Of a stretch of DNA of 64,000 bases, positions 1 to 13,352 are shown piece by piece. The notes beneath the pieces were generated by a model. That model was not told the DNA's origin. It searched no databases and worked only from the letters and a program-made list of their open reading frames with translations. How positions within the stretch are numbered: position 1 is the first letter of the stretch; the number at the start of each line of letters is the position of its first letter. Position numbers and translations under genes: made by a program. This DNA is from Paramecium tetraurelia (lineage: Eukaryota): the NCBI GenBank assembly GCA_000165425.1, contig CT868285.1, positions 248,001-312,000 of the forward strand, in the 5' to 3' direction.

Positions 1-743
1 CACCTCTTAAGAATGTGTAAACACCAATTTGTGTCGTTGTATAACAAGTGAGCTGGTTGTCTGGCTCTCCAAGCTAGAGATTCTGATATTCTGTTTTAGA
101 AGGTAGGCATTTCCAAGAAATGCAATGCACTGCATACATTGTGATATTGATTAATATCTTTGCTATATTCATATGAATTCTGATTTACTTTGTAAATCTA
201 TCTTTTTGTATTGATATCACCATTTTACCATGATAGGGCAAAATAGAGGTAAAATGATCACTCAACTTAGCCAAGAAGATCCACATGACAAATACTCTTG
301 CATAGAAATTACGGAGTGGTAACTAATTTATTGTTATGATAAGTATTTACTTCTCTCAAAACTAAATATCCTAATCCAAATCCTGACAACCATTTAGTCA
401 ATGTCCATTCTCTCCAATAAGTATGATTTGGTTTAATGTAAATATATTTGTTAACAAATTCTTCGCATGAATATGATGTGAATGGTCTTGCCAACTAAAT
501 TAATCTAATAATTGTAATTACTTTTGATAAATCCTTCTTGTATTTCTCGCTATGTGCTAAAAAGAATTCTTTCTTGCTTCTATTAAACACTGGTGAAAAG
601 TTTTCATCATCAAAGTCCAATGATTTCAATTCAATATTTGCAATCATTCTGTCATCATATGCATCCTTTAATACACATCAAGATATTACTTATTCCTCTT
701 GTGTTGGGTGCCACAATTTTGCTTTTCCCTATATGATTGGCAT
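1..743 (-). CDS. Hypothetical membrane protein, 3' end runs off the window
   Basis: ATG at 743; code-6 translation across four short GT..AG introns gives MPIIQGKAKLWHPTQEEQDAYDDRMIAN...WLSGFGLGYLVLRELPLRNFYARVFVMWIFLAKL...; one or two hydrophobic segments; no TGA before position 1. Confidence 0.75.
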
Positions 744-1168
744 AAATAATTAAATAAATAATTATATGATATTCTTAGAATTTTATCTTTGTAAAACATA
801 TATTCAAATTACCAAGATTACTTCAATTCAAAAGTGCTTTGATTTCAAAGGTGATTAGATTGGAACTCAATAATTAAATTAGTCGTTTTTATGTACACTA
901 AAGTTTAAGCTTTTTGTTTCAGCTTGTCTCTGAATCAATAATTCAAATTAGTTTAGTTTTGAATCTCGAATCTCCAATGAACATTCTAATTGCAATAATT
1001 TGTTTTGAAGTCCATTCTCATTGAAAATTAGAAAAATTCAATTTTTTTATATGGTCTTCACTCAAATATGTGTGTGTTTTTATATAAAATGAATGAGGAT
1101 AAGGAAAATAATCAGGAATCACAAAGCTAATGGATAATAAATATTCTATTTATAATTTGATTTTTATA

Positions 1169-3632
1169 ATGGTTGTTACAAATGAAGAAATAATGGAAGG
1201 TTTTCAAGGAGAGTAGGATCTTTAAAATTTGGCAGACAAGGTAAAGACTGAGAATGTGGAGGGAAATTACAAGCAAGTGGTGGAAACAATACAGGATTTA
1301 TTCCAATAGGAAGGACAATCAAAATAAAAATATTTTGCAATGAAAGTAATATCTTTAATCAAAGAATCAAGCTGATGATGTTATTGAGTAAGAAATAACT
1401 ATTCATCAACAGTTTCATTAAGGCTAAGAATCTCTTTGATATTTTGGGGGAACTTGCTATGTGTGACTATCAAAAACCTTACGAGTAGAGAGGATTCAAA
1501 ATATTCGGGGCTCAGGAGGGTAATATCAATTGCTTCAAATTATAGATCAATTCTATAGTCAGGGTTTCTATGATTTATTGATGGAATGCATTTCATATTG
1601 GGGAACGAAGTACGCTACCGATTAGAAGGGGAATCCTACGAAATTTGGTAGGCTTCTTGAAAAGTTAACCAACTAGGGATTGAAACCGAAGGTAGACTTG
1701 CAGCACTTTGAATTAACAGAAGAGCAAATAGAGAAATTAAAAAGTTTTAGTATGCCAACTGAATAATAAAAATTAAAAAGCAACATGAATGATTATAGTT
1801 TGGAGGAATTGAAAAAAATGTATCAAGAAATGTTCAGCCAAACAAATGACTTGGTTGAGAGTTTAGAATAAAATTTAAAGGGAGAAGACCAAGCAACTGA
1901 GATTATGGATTAATGTAAAATTGCTAATTTATTTCTAGTGATGGAAAATGCCTATAACGACGCAGAGAAATTGAAGCCAAATTTGGAATTGTTGCATGCT
2001 CGCCAAAGCGAATTGGGAGAAGGCCAAAGAAAATAAATTGGTTATAGATTCAAAATCATTTCTACTTTAATTGAAGCTCATAAAGCAATGCGAGCAGAGG
2101 GATTTACGAATGAAAGCTACTAGATTTTCCGCTATGAAGTCTTATAAGCTACAAGAGAAATCACGGGGTCTGAAAAACCAAAACCCCCAGCAAATTATGG
2201 CAAACCTCCCTAATAATAACCTAATCCCTAACCAGATATAAAAGTCCAAACTTAATAGATTCAAAAACCACCCCAATAGCCAGACAAAAGATAGGCTCAG
2301 CAACCATAACCATATCAAAGTAAATATCCCCCTGCAAAAGAACAACCATATTAAAGTAAATATCCCCCTGGGAAGGAACATGAAATTTAAAAAACAATCC
2401 AGTAATCCGTTCCTTACAATCCATAAAATCAACCGAATTATCAACCCTAGACATATGCTAGAAATCCACAACCATAACAATAATAATATTAATAACCTAA
2501 GTAATAGAAACAACCCTATTATCAACCGAGTCAGCCTTATTAACAGCCAGAAAAGCATGTGCAATAGCCTCCTCCTTTTAAGAAATTGCCTATAGCTAGA
2601 TCGTATGATTTTCATTAAAGTCCCAATAAGGATTAATTTTTTGAAGATAATTATGACAATAAAAGTTAGAGCTCCTAGTAAACAGGAAAGGAGTTCTATT
2701 TGAAAGGACAGCTTGGATTAGAGTAATAGGTTTATGAAGGGGAATTTATTCCCTATGATGATAGAAATTTCACTATTTTTGAAGAGATCTATAACAGCAA
2801 TAGTGGGATAAGTAGGATAAAAAGAGCGAATTTGAAGAGCAGATATTCAATATTTGAATCTCTTGATATTCAAATTGGATTCGATTCAAATTTGATTTAT
2901 CATGAAATAACAAATCGTTTTTATCTACGAATTCGTTTGTGCGTTGGAAATAAAACATAATAGATTTTACAGAATGTCCAATATTAATTTGAAGGAGACA
3001 CTTGTATGGGTCTATGGACGTAGGAGCCAATTTATTAGCATAGTCACACGATATAAACGGATTAGTTAGGAAGATTGATATTGAATCCGAAATAATAGAT
3101 TTACATTCCGATATGCATTAATTATAACCGTGTTCCTTACTAAGTAATTTCAGGGAGAATTAGTTACGAGATTGCATATGAGGAAGAGGGAAGAATATCT
3201 CATTTCATCCTTCCTTGTTTATTAACAAAGTTCATGAGTTTTAGAGACACCACTATAGATTCATTTCTGGCAAGGTGGGAGTATAAATCCAAAAGCATTT
3301 TAAAGTCAGAGTAAGTACGTCTAAATCAAAAGATCGTTAATTCGAGAGATGATATTTTAAAACATTTCGGACCAAACAACGTCTTGATTTTGCATGGCGA
3401 AGAAGATATGCTAACGAGCGATGCTAATTAGATGTAAAAAAAGACTGAAATGGTGGGCAGTGAATATGGGTTGGTATTTACCTTAAGTAGTCCATAAATA
3501 GAATTTTTACTGAAAATAATTTTATTCCCAAATCAAACTGTTTTGTTTCAGATAATACCTTACTCATCTTACTAAACACAAGCAGAGGCGATTTTACACA
3601 CCCTTGTTTTTTTATTTGGCTTGCCAGATTGA
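1169..3632 (+). CDS. Putative endocytic adaptor: VHS-like N-terminus, helical GAT-like region, P/Q/Y-rich linker, C-terminal alpha-adaptin appendage (Ig + platform)
   Basis: Two introns. N-terminal LLMECISYWGTKY...FGRLLEKL resembles VHS helices. C-terminal FESLDIQIG...GNKT and LPCLLTKF...SFLARW match AP2-alpha ear motifs (FENxLLQIG, GNKT, LPxxINKF, FFxRW). TGA at 3630-3632. Confidence 0.75.
2310..2381 (+). repeat. 36-bp direct repeat x2 (PYQSKYPPAKEQ / PYQSKYPPGKEH) in the adaptor linker
   Basis: ccatatcaaagtaaatatccccctg at 2310 and ccatattaaagtaaatatccccctg at 2346; CAA/TAA are interchanged as synonymous Gln. Confidence 0.85.
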
Positions 3633-3825
3633 CTTAATATTTAATTTAATAATAATAATTTTAATTTATTAATTAGAACGATTAGGCAGGATCTGTCAAT
3701 ATAATTTTATGTTAATGATGGATATCAGTAAATCGAGATTCTCAGAAACCTTCTGGAACTTTGACCTTTCTTATTGTCTTTATGATTAATATTAATAAAT
3801 AAGGGATTTTCCTAATATATAAAAA

Positions 3826-5126
3826 ATGAATGATCTAAATATATCACACAAGATTGGGAGTGGAGCCTTTAGTTAAGTCTACTTGGGTACTTACAAGAGT
3901 ATGCAAGTCGCAGTCAAGGTAAGCTTGGAGAAGTAAGTTAGGTGCTGGAGAAATCAGTTCCATGTTATTGTGAATTATTTAATCGCGAAGTAGAAATACT
4001 AGAGTAACTCTAACATCCTAATTTGGTGAAGTACATCACGGTATATAGCATAATCATTATCGCAGAGTTACGAAACATTTGAAAAATTATACATAGTGAT
4101 GGATTATGTTGAGGGTTCAAATTTGACTGAATTGAGCAAATCCAATCTAAGCGAATAGAAGATCAGAAGTATAATCAAGCAATTGCTGATTGTCTTAACG
4201 TATTTGCACAATAAGGACATTACTCACAGAGATATAAAGCCTGGTAATGAAAATTATAAATTTAGATAATATCTTGGTTGGTCTTGATGGCAGAGTGAGA
4301 TTGATAGATTTTGGGTTGTCTCAACAATCAGAATCCAAAATCTCATACGACAAATGTGGAACTCTCCTCTTCATGGCTCCAGAGATGATATTAAAAATGC
4401 CATATCTTAAGAGTGTAGATATGTGGAGTATAGGAATTATCCAATATCTTCTCTATGAGAGAAAACATCCCTTTCATTATGAGAACCTCGTTGAGAGCAT
4501 TTAGACTTATAATATCAATTTCTCTATCATGGACAAGTCCGCATAAAACTTCTTTAGGAAATGTGCTGCAGTCAATCCTGAAGCCAGGATGTCAGCTGAA
4601 CAAGCCCTTATGCATCCTTGGATCACTGGAGAAGGAGATTTGGGATAGCCCATCACTATTCACGATAGAATGGCTATATTCTAAAATAAATAAAAGTTAA
4701 TCTGCTTGATAAATGCTCTGTCCTTCATCAAATATTGCACCTCCTTTGTTAAGGCTATCAGATTAATCATCCCCTTGAATGAAGAAGTCCCACAATAAGA
4801 AATTACAGTAAGACAACCGAACTAAGATGCCACTAACAGAAAATCTACGTCAAGAATAAAGTAAGCTAGATCAACTAGTCAGCTTTTCTTTGAGACAAAT
4901 GTTGCTAGTCCACTAAAGAAATAATCTCCGTTTCGAATAGTTCAGCCGAGGCAATCTCAAACAAGACTACAGCATTCGAATTCTATGCAACTTGCTCAAA
5001 TGGCTAAAAGGGGATCTTTAAATAAATTACCGTATTATTCTATTTTATAAGGATGTTAGCCCACTTAATTCTAGCAATTCCCCTATAGAAAAGAGAAGAA
5101 CTAATATCAGATTGCGTTAACTTTGA
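3826..5126 (+). CDS. Ser/Thr protein kinase (CAMK-like)
   Basis: GSGAFSQV, VAVK, HRDIKP-DN, DFG, GTLLFMAPE, DMWSIG; four small introns; basic disordered tail. Confidence 0.92.
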
Positions 5127-5366
5127 TTCATTATGTATTTAATATTACAGACTTCCATGGTCTCAGATTAATCTGGATTATTTTTAAATTTCTGTTAATT
5201 GTATCATCTCTTCTCTTAGGAATCGAATAAAATGGAGTTTAGTAAATTTGCTCTTAAGTTTACCTTTTTGGAATTATAAAATTTTGGTACTTATCGAAAG
5301 TAATAATTAATAAAACTCCCTATTGTGAGGAAAGACAAGTTTTAATTAATTTATTTAAATTTAAAC

Positions 5367-6355
5367 ATGTATAGAACAACTAATTCATCTTATGGAAGTG
5401 GCGTTGTTACAAGAAATAAAGAGCAGATGAGTTAAAAGACTTAGGATGTAGATCCAATACGGATTGGGATTGAAAATATCGGCAATACTTGTTACATGTA
5501 TGCAAGAACAATAAGCATCCTAGAAACTCTATGTTGCAATGTTTATTCAATACTCCTGGCATCAGTACAGCTATGAAGTCGTACAAAGACAACAAAAACA
5601 GCTCTGAGTTGTTTAAACAATTTTATAAAATATGGTTTAGCATTTAAGCAGGAATAGAACCTGAACATAATGACATAATTCAATTTAAAAAATTGATGAA
5701 TCAGCACAGAGAGTTTGACAATTTCAATCAACAAGATTGCATCGAATTCTTCCATGTTTTCTTGGATATTGTAAACACAGGCTTTCTCACATAACCTTTC
5801 TTTGGTTAATTGACTTATTAAATAAATTGCTAAAATTGTAATAACTCTAGCAAATAAACCGAATAATTTATCAACTTATCTATCTACATAGAGTAGGCAT
5901 GCAGATTGAGTCAATTGCTCTCTGACTATTTCAAACCAGAGCAATTGAACTCTCAGGAGAAGTGCAGGAAGTGTCAAAAGACGAGTCCATTAATGAGGAG
6001 AACGAATTTGAGTGCACCTCCACTGGTCTTAGTAATTTAGTTAAAAAGATATGATTCAAGGTAAACCAGATCTAATAATGCTATTGAAATAGAATAAAGT
6101 CTTATACTGAAAGGGTTTTGTGATTAGAGTCCTTCGTATAAATTGTATGCGGTCATTAATCATTAAGGATACAGCATCTACAGTGGCCATTACACGTGGT
6201 ATACATATATATTCGAGTATCATAGTTTGATCAAGGCAGCCAACTGTTGGTATTATTTCAATGATCAAAGAGTTTCGGAGTACTCAAATAAGGTGGTGGA
6301 TGAAGAACTGTAGAAATCGCAGAATTCCTATGTATTATTTTATCAGAGACAATGA
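5367..6355 (+). CDS. Ubiquitin-specific protease (peptidase C19), compact catalytic core
   Basis: Cys box GIENIGNTCY, QQDCIEF, CxxC pairs, LVIQLKRY, His box HQGYSIYSGHYT, WYYFNDQRV, YVLFYQRQ then TGA; two introns. Confidence 0.92.
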
Positions 6356-6383
6356 ATGTAATTAATATATTTTGTTATCATTA

Positions 6384-9300
6384 TCATTCTCTGAATTATT
6401 CATGTTAAGTATTAGGGGCTCTGTCAACCTTAGCGGAATTGAGAGCCAACACTTTCTCCTCCTTTGGTTCAGGCACTGGAAGCACCTTAGGATCATAAGG
6501 CCATTTCTCAATCAACTCTTGAGGATTCTCCAAATAACTGCCCTGTCCAAAATTGACTTTCAGCCCATAGAATTTACCCTAAGAATAATATAGCAACATA
6601 CATAAAACAAGGGATGGGATTGATCTTTGATTACATTTAAGTAAAAAGCATTGGGGACTGCATGTTTCACAGAGAACACCTACTCTGAAGGACCCTTGGT
6701 ACTAAGAACATAGGCCCTGGCCTTTCCTTGAGTGTATCCGAAATAAACATAAGTCCATTGATATTGTAACAAATCAAATTCATGGGATACTGGCTCGAAA
6801 GTGGGATCTTTCAAAGTGTAAGTGCAAGTCACCAACTTTTAAACTTTTGTGAAAACAGCTAATGTTCTATCTCCAATGAATCTTTCATCAGAGCCTTCAT
6901 TATTCGTAGTCAATCTGACCAATCCTCTTAGATCATCAGGCATTTCAGGCTACAACACTGCATTTTGCATCCAAAATCCGTATGAATACTCTAACAAACC
7001 TACTTTATTTGCGAAAGAGAATTGGAACTTGTCCTTCTTCTCATTGATATCATCAGGCAATGTAGTGTCAACAATAGCAACAGGCCATTTAAAATCTTCT
7101 GCATCAACAGCAGGTACTGGCAATTTACGATGCAACTTCAAAACCATATCTACTACTTTCTATCCTTCACTAATGAAAGCACCAGCCCCTAAGAAGATTC
7201 TAGGATCGAATAACCATCCATGGAATCCTTTTCTACCAAATTCTTTTGCTCCCAATACAAATTTAGCATAACCTGTCAAAGCACTATGTTACACTTACAA
7301 TTCCACATGCTATGCCTTTTACTATTCTCTAAACAACACCAAACCATAGAATTGTCCACCCTTATAGGCAGTGTAAATGTAAGTCCATGCACCTTCTAAT
7401 TCTCCATATGGCAATTTTGCATCCACTGCATTTGATGGCTTACTTATGTCATAAGTACTGAATTCATAGTTACCCAAAGTAAGGAAAGCCGACAACACTC
7501 TGTCTCCCAATTCACTCTTATCTTAGTCTAACTTATTTGCTGATAATCTAAAGATGTTGTGTTATGGTTGTCTTTCAGTTAAAGTGGTTGGGAATGAGAT
7601 GAGCCATCTAGTCCATACTCCAATCGAATACTCATCTACAGATTCAACTTCTTAATTGAACTCTTGAGTGATTGCCTATTCTGTTTCAACCACGGTATCT
7701 TCTTTTCTGAACCACATGAATTTTTGATTAATAGCTATTGCATTATAATTTGGTAGTAAATCTTCATATCCTCTCTTCTGCACACTAACAAATGCACCAA
7801 ATCCATAACAAGCCATCCATTTTTAAATTTCTCCTTAAAATCTCTTGGTGTATGGATCTTTAGCCACATAAATACCAGTGTAATGAGGAACAAAGTGTTG
7901 AACTCCCTTGAATATTAATGGTTTATCCTCTTCAAATAAATGCAATAAAGCATGAAGTTCTTGTGCATCCTCATTATATCCCATGTAGATATAACTCCAA
8001 GCTCTTTTATTATGACCTAATGGTACATTTTCTTCTAAGAATTTAGCTTCGTTCCAATCCTTCAATCCTGCAAGTGTATAAGTAGATAATTTAATTGAAT
8101 CAACACAAATTGATGCAAATAATGTTCTGTCACCCTATGATCTCTTATCATTTAAATGCTCCTTATCATTATTAGTAACTCTGAACAAGATTTAACAATC
8201 ATTAGCACTCATTCCATTAACATTGGCTGCTTTGAACCATCCACTAATTGAGTATTCTCCAACACTTGACCAAGTCTCACCTCTTAATTCAGTACCACCT
8301 ATTTCATCTGTAACAGTTTCCAACTTTCCAATTAATTCCTATTGTCCATGTTTCTCTTTATGAATATATCCCACTGTTAAAGCTTATTCTAAAGCATAAG
8401 AATTTTGAATGGTCTTCATAACTTCTTAGGCTAAACTTAAAAATGATCCAGGACCGAAACTCAAAGCTAATTTGCTTATTATGCCCTAAAATGAAGGTAC
8501 ATCTGGTTCTCCTCCTATATGTAAAATTACGAAGTCTCCTAAAGGTTTATGTAACAAATCTGTGTTCTTTGCTGACAACATCTCTGCTCCATCAAACACA
8601 AAGAATGATGCTATTTACTTAGATCTGAGATAGCCCATATAAATATAATGCCATTGACCCTCTAATCTTTAGTTTGAAATTGTATGCAATTCATTAGGAG
8701 CATCATCATTTAAGTCGTAGGTTGCAAATTAAAATCCATTCTAAATAACGTAAGATGCAAGAATTCTATCTCCAATAGCAACTTTTCCTACTTCATTCTT
8801 TTCATTATTTGTCAATCTGATTAATTACATTTCCAAAGGCAATCTGTATTATCTTTCAGGCCAAGATTACAAAAATCTGCACCAAAGTCCAACACTGTAT
8901 TCTTGCATAGATTCAATTGGTTTGTCAGGCTCATCATTAAATCTAATTTTTTGTGGCTAACCAAGTATCAATTTTTCACTCTTTTCCCACTTGTACATTT
9001 TCTCTTGGGAGAACAACTTGGGACCCAAAACATAAACTGGCAATTGCAAGAAATTATCATTTCTGAAGGCTCCTTCTCCGAAATTAATTGTCAGTTAAGC
9101 CAATCGACTATTGTAATTTTCTAATTGTCCATCTTTTCCTACAAAAAGAAGATATTTGGATGCCACTGCATGTAGGATTGGCTCGTTACCTTTGTTCTCG
9201 TGAGAATCTGCTCTTAAGAAATACTAAACCTTTCTCTCCTTCTTAGAATAAGCAAAGTAGGCAAAAGTCCAAATTTCTAGTTATTGCTTTGGAATATTGC

Positions 9301-12300
9301 ATTCATAAGGAACATTCAAGGTTAAATCCTACAAAGAATAAGTACTAAATAACGCAGTTCCAATATGTGCCAACATCAAAACCTTATCTCCTATATTCTT
9401 TGCGTCATCCTCTCCTTTGTTTGATGTCAATCTATAAATTACTTGATTTGGTCTAACTTGTGTTTTAAACCATCTAAACCATAAAGACACTGAATATTCC
9501 CTTGCTTCTTATTCAATTGTCAATGGATTCACAATCTTAAGATTTTAGGCATCTTACTTTCCAGCAACCACCTCATATTATTTTGTAATAATGTTGATCT
9601 CAGGCTTTGGATCCTTGTTCTTTATTCTAGCTAGAATTCCTTATTTATTCTCAATGAAGGCTCCAGGACCAAGATTAAATCTAACAGTTGTAATTTACCC
9701 ATTGAAATTTGGATAGAACTTTCCTGCATGACCAATTGTTAATTACAAATAGTTTTACAATAATGTATGGATGACATCCATCTATATTCCTGCAGTGATA
9801 TCATTATAAGAAGAAAATGCTACAGCATGACCTAGAGTCTATGAGATTCTCTTATAACTGAAATAAAGGTAAATCCATTCACTTTCAGATTCCAACAAAT
9901 AAGGAATATTTCCATTCACATTATTTGAAGGAGGTTGTACATTGTAAGTTGAAAAGTGGTGAATACCCTTGCCTTGTAAGATCAAAAGCACTCTATCTCC
10001 AGGTTACTCAAAATCTTTATAATCCTTCTAGTTTGTCAATCTGGCCAATCCCATCCATTGTGGTTATTGATACAAAATACCCTTTTGTGCAAAATGCTCG
10101 AATCTAGCCCAAAATCCGAATCCATATTCACTTACTCCATGTAGGTGTAATTTTTCACTTTACTCAAATTAAACATGTAGAGGTACATCCTTCTCATTAG
10201 CAGCACACTCTATAATCTATTCAACGTGTTGAGCTTCTTATCCTGCCTATTATAACTTAACGTGATCAGTTCCACTAACAAAGCCAAAGTGTACTTTGAT
10301 ATTTTCATCAGAATCAAAATTACCTTCTCTATATGATCCTTCTCCAATATTGATTACCCATGTTTTCATTGAACCTTAGAACTTTTACTCCTCTGATGAA
10401 ATTATTACTGAAAATACTGCTACATAAAAATGAGTAATTTAATCCTAATTAAATTTGCTATCTGTAAAGGTAAACTTCACATAACCAAATGTTTTTTTCA
10501 ATAATTATGAATAACCATAATAAATATAAGTCCATTGATCCCAGTATTCTCCCAGTGACTACTCTTGAGTAACAATTCCAGAACAATCATCTCCTTTGCA
10601 AGAATATGTATTAAAATTATAGGCCAAATCTGATCGTAATATTTATAGGGTTTATTCAAATTTTCCATTCAAATCAGCAAGTCTTTTTTGAGCAAAAGAG
10701 GCAATAGGAAACACTTTGCCCACTTTCTAAATTCCACTCCATTTCACCCATCCTGAAATACTATACTCTTTAATTCCTTAGAATTTATCAAATTGGAACT
10801 TTTGGCTTGGTTGTTCTACTGGTAGTCCGATTAACTATTATGTTTATCTGCTAATGGGACGTATTTAGGCCTTATCAGGTAAAGTATTCTATGTTAACAA
10901 TTTGAGTTGGTCAACTGAATTTATGAATGCTCCTGGTCCGATTGAACATTAGATCTTGCACATTTAACCATTAAAGAAAGGTGCTGAGCTCTTTCCAACA
11001 ACAAATTCTGCATACTCCAATAAGAAATCGTGCAAAATATCAAAAACGACTTCCTTTATTTCTCCTTCAACTCCAAATTAAACATAACCTTTAGCTATAC
11101 CCTTATTTGCAACTCGTTTATAACCAAAGTAAACATAATTCCATGAACCTTCTATATCATCAAATTCAATATCATCTTTAGCTTTGTAAGTATAGAATTC
11201 GTAGGCCTATTTACTTAATGTAACTGCCAAAGTTTGATCCTTCTCTTAAAGAGGTCTTGTGTTTGCTCTCTTTAGTTTTCCATCAACTTATTCAATTAAA
11301 TATGGAGCAGTGCCAAATCTAGCTATATTATGAACAGCACCTCTTTGGACCAAAAATTTGGGTAAAGTCTACAACCATCTAGTCCATAAGCCAAATGAGT
11401 ATTCACTCTGACCATTAAGTCTCAATTTAGTATCATCATGAATTAAAATCTTATCAACTAAAGGTTTATCAGAATCATATTCAGCATCTCTAACAACGTT
11501 TGGCTCGGAAGCATCATCCTAAAATTAAATTGGTTTGACTAATTGATAGACACCAACAGCTCCATCTCCATAGAAAAATTATTAACCAAAATTAAGGCTT
11601 GATTTATAAGCACCTGGTCCCAAATATACTCCAACATATCCTATTCTGCCATTGAAGGATGAAATTTGTTCGTCCCCTCCAATAGTAAAGTGCAATTTAG
11701 TCACAAGTTTATGTTGAACAGGATCAAATATGATTTCATCTGCTTTTCCTGGTCTAATCAATGCACCATATGCTTTTACTTAATCATTATCATAACCAAA
11801 GTAAACATATGTCCAAGTATAATTTGGTGATTCAACTGTTTTAGAAATATATGATGTTCCTTTGGCTTTGTTTCCTTGAATTGTGTAAGTATTAAAGTAA
11901 ACTGTGCTTTTAGCTCCTCCACCATAAGTGTAATGAACCTCCAATGAACGATCTCCTAATACTCCTTTATTTGGCTACTTTTTATCTGTGGATCTCAAAT
12001 TAAATAGTTAAAATGTATTCGACTCATCCACCTTTAAATCGTCTACCCATCTAAACCATCCTGCAAAACTATACTCCTCTATTATTAGAGTTGATTCTTA
12101 TGGATCTAATACAACAGAATCTCCTTTATTGTTTGCCCCAAAGGACCTTGGAGTTGTTAAGATCTCTAAATCAGTTAAACTGCTAACTGCTTGAGGAACA
12201 TTACTAATTGTTTTTATGAGCTGATTTATTTTCTCTTCAGAATCGATAAAAGCTGGAGCATCTATATCATAAAAGATATTTGCAAACTATCCATTAAATC

Positions 12301-13265
12301 CCTCATATGCAAAATGCTTTCCTCCTATGATCAATTTAAAGTAGATTGGAGGAACATGCTAACAATGGATTTCTGTTTTTAAAACTTTACCATTATCACC
12401 ATATCCCACTACATAACCAACAGCTGCTTTTTTGGCCAAACTGTAAGAAAATGTAATGAAGTACCACATACTTTCTAATTCTTCGTTCAAAGCTACTACT
12501 TAATCTTTTATTTTCTTTTTATCACCATGATCATATGTGGAAAAGACGAATGTATTTTCTAACAAAAACACTGAAAGGGTTCTATCTCCATAAAATGTAT
12601 AATCTTTATAATCCTAATTCGATGTTAATCTTGATATAAAATAATATTGTTAAGCCTACCGCGAGTGTTTCTTGGGGAAATTATCAGTGTATCTTAACCA
12701 AAAACCATAACCATATTCATCAGAATCTTAAAGCATTTCTCTATCTGCAAATTCATATTGTTCTGCTGGTTCTCCATCAAAAGAACTTGAAACATATTTA
12801 GTTGATACAGGTACAACAACTCTGTCTTTTGCAGGTCTTGTGTTAACTTTATGTTTTGGAGGTACATATTAGGTTGGTTCATTCGGGTTATATTCTTCCT
12901 TAATTGAGCTAATCTTTATTGATTTTTCATGATTATGATCTTCTACTTTCTGTTTTGGTTTCTCATTTTAAACATTTTTTAAGGCTTATTTTTCATCCTT
13001 TAACAGATCTTAAATAGGACCACCAAACGAACTCTCCTTAGTTTATTAAGCTTAACCTTGCTTTTTAGTATCTTAATTTTTATCTTCTTATTTTTTCACT
13101 TCAGTAGGCTATTAGCTCTATTATTGCTATTATTCTTGTTATTAAGATGCTTTAACATTCTACTATTCTTTCTCTCCTTAGCCCTATTATTATTTTTACT
13201 ACTCTTATGCTTATTGATTCTTTTGTTGGCTTTATTATTAATCTTATTATTACTATTATGATTAC

Positions 13266-13352
<87 letters not shown>

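Noticed and set aside
2142..2615. Hydrophobic 157-aa minus-strand ORF
   Set aside because: It is the antisense shadow of the P/Q-rich linker of the plus-strand adaptor gene.
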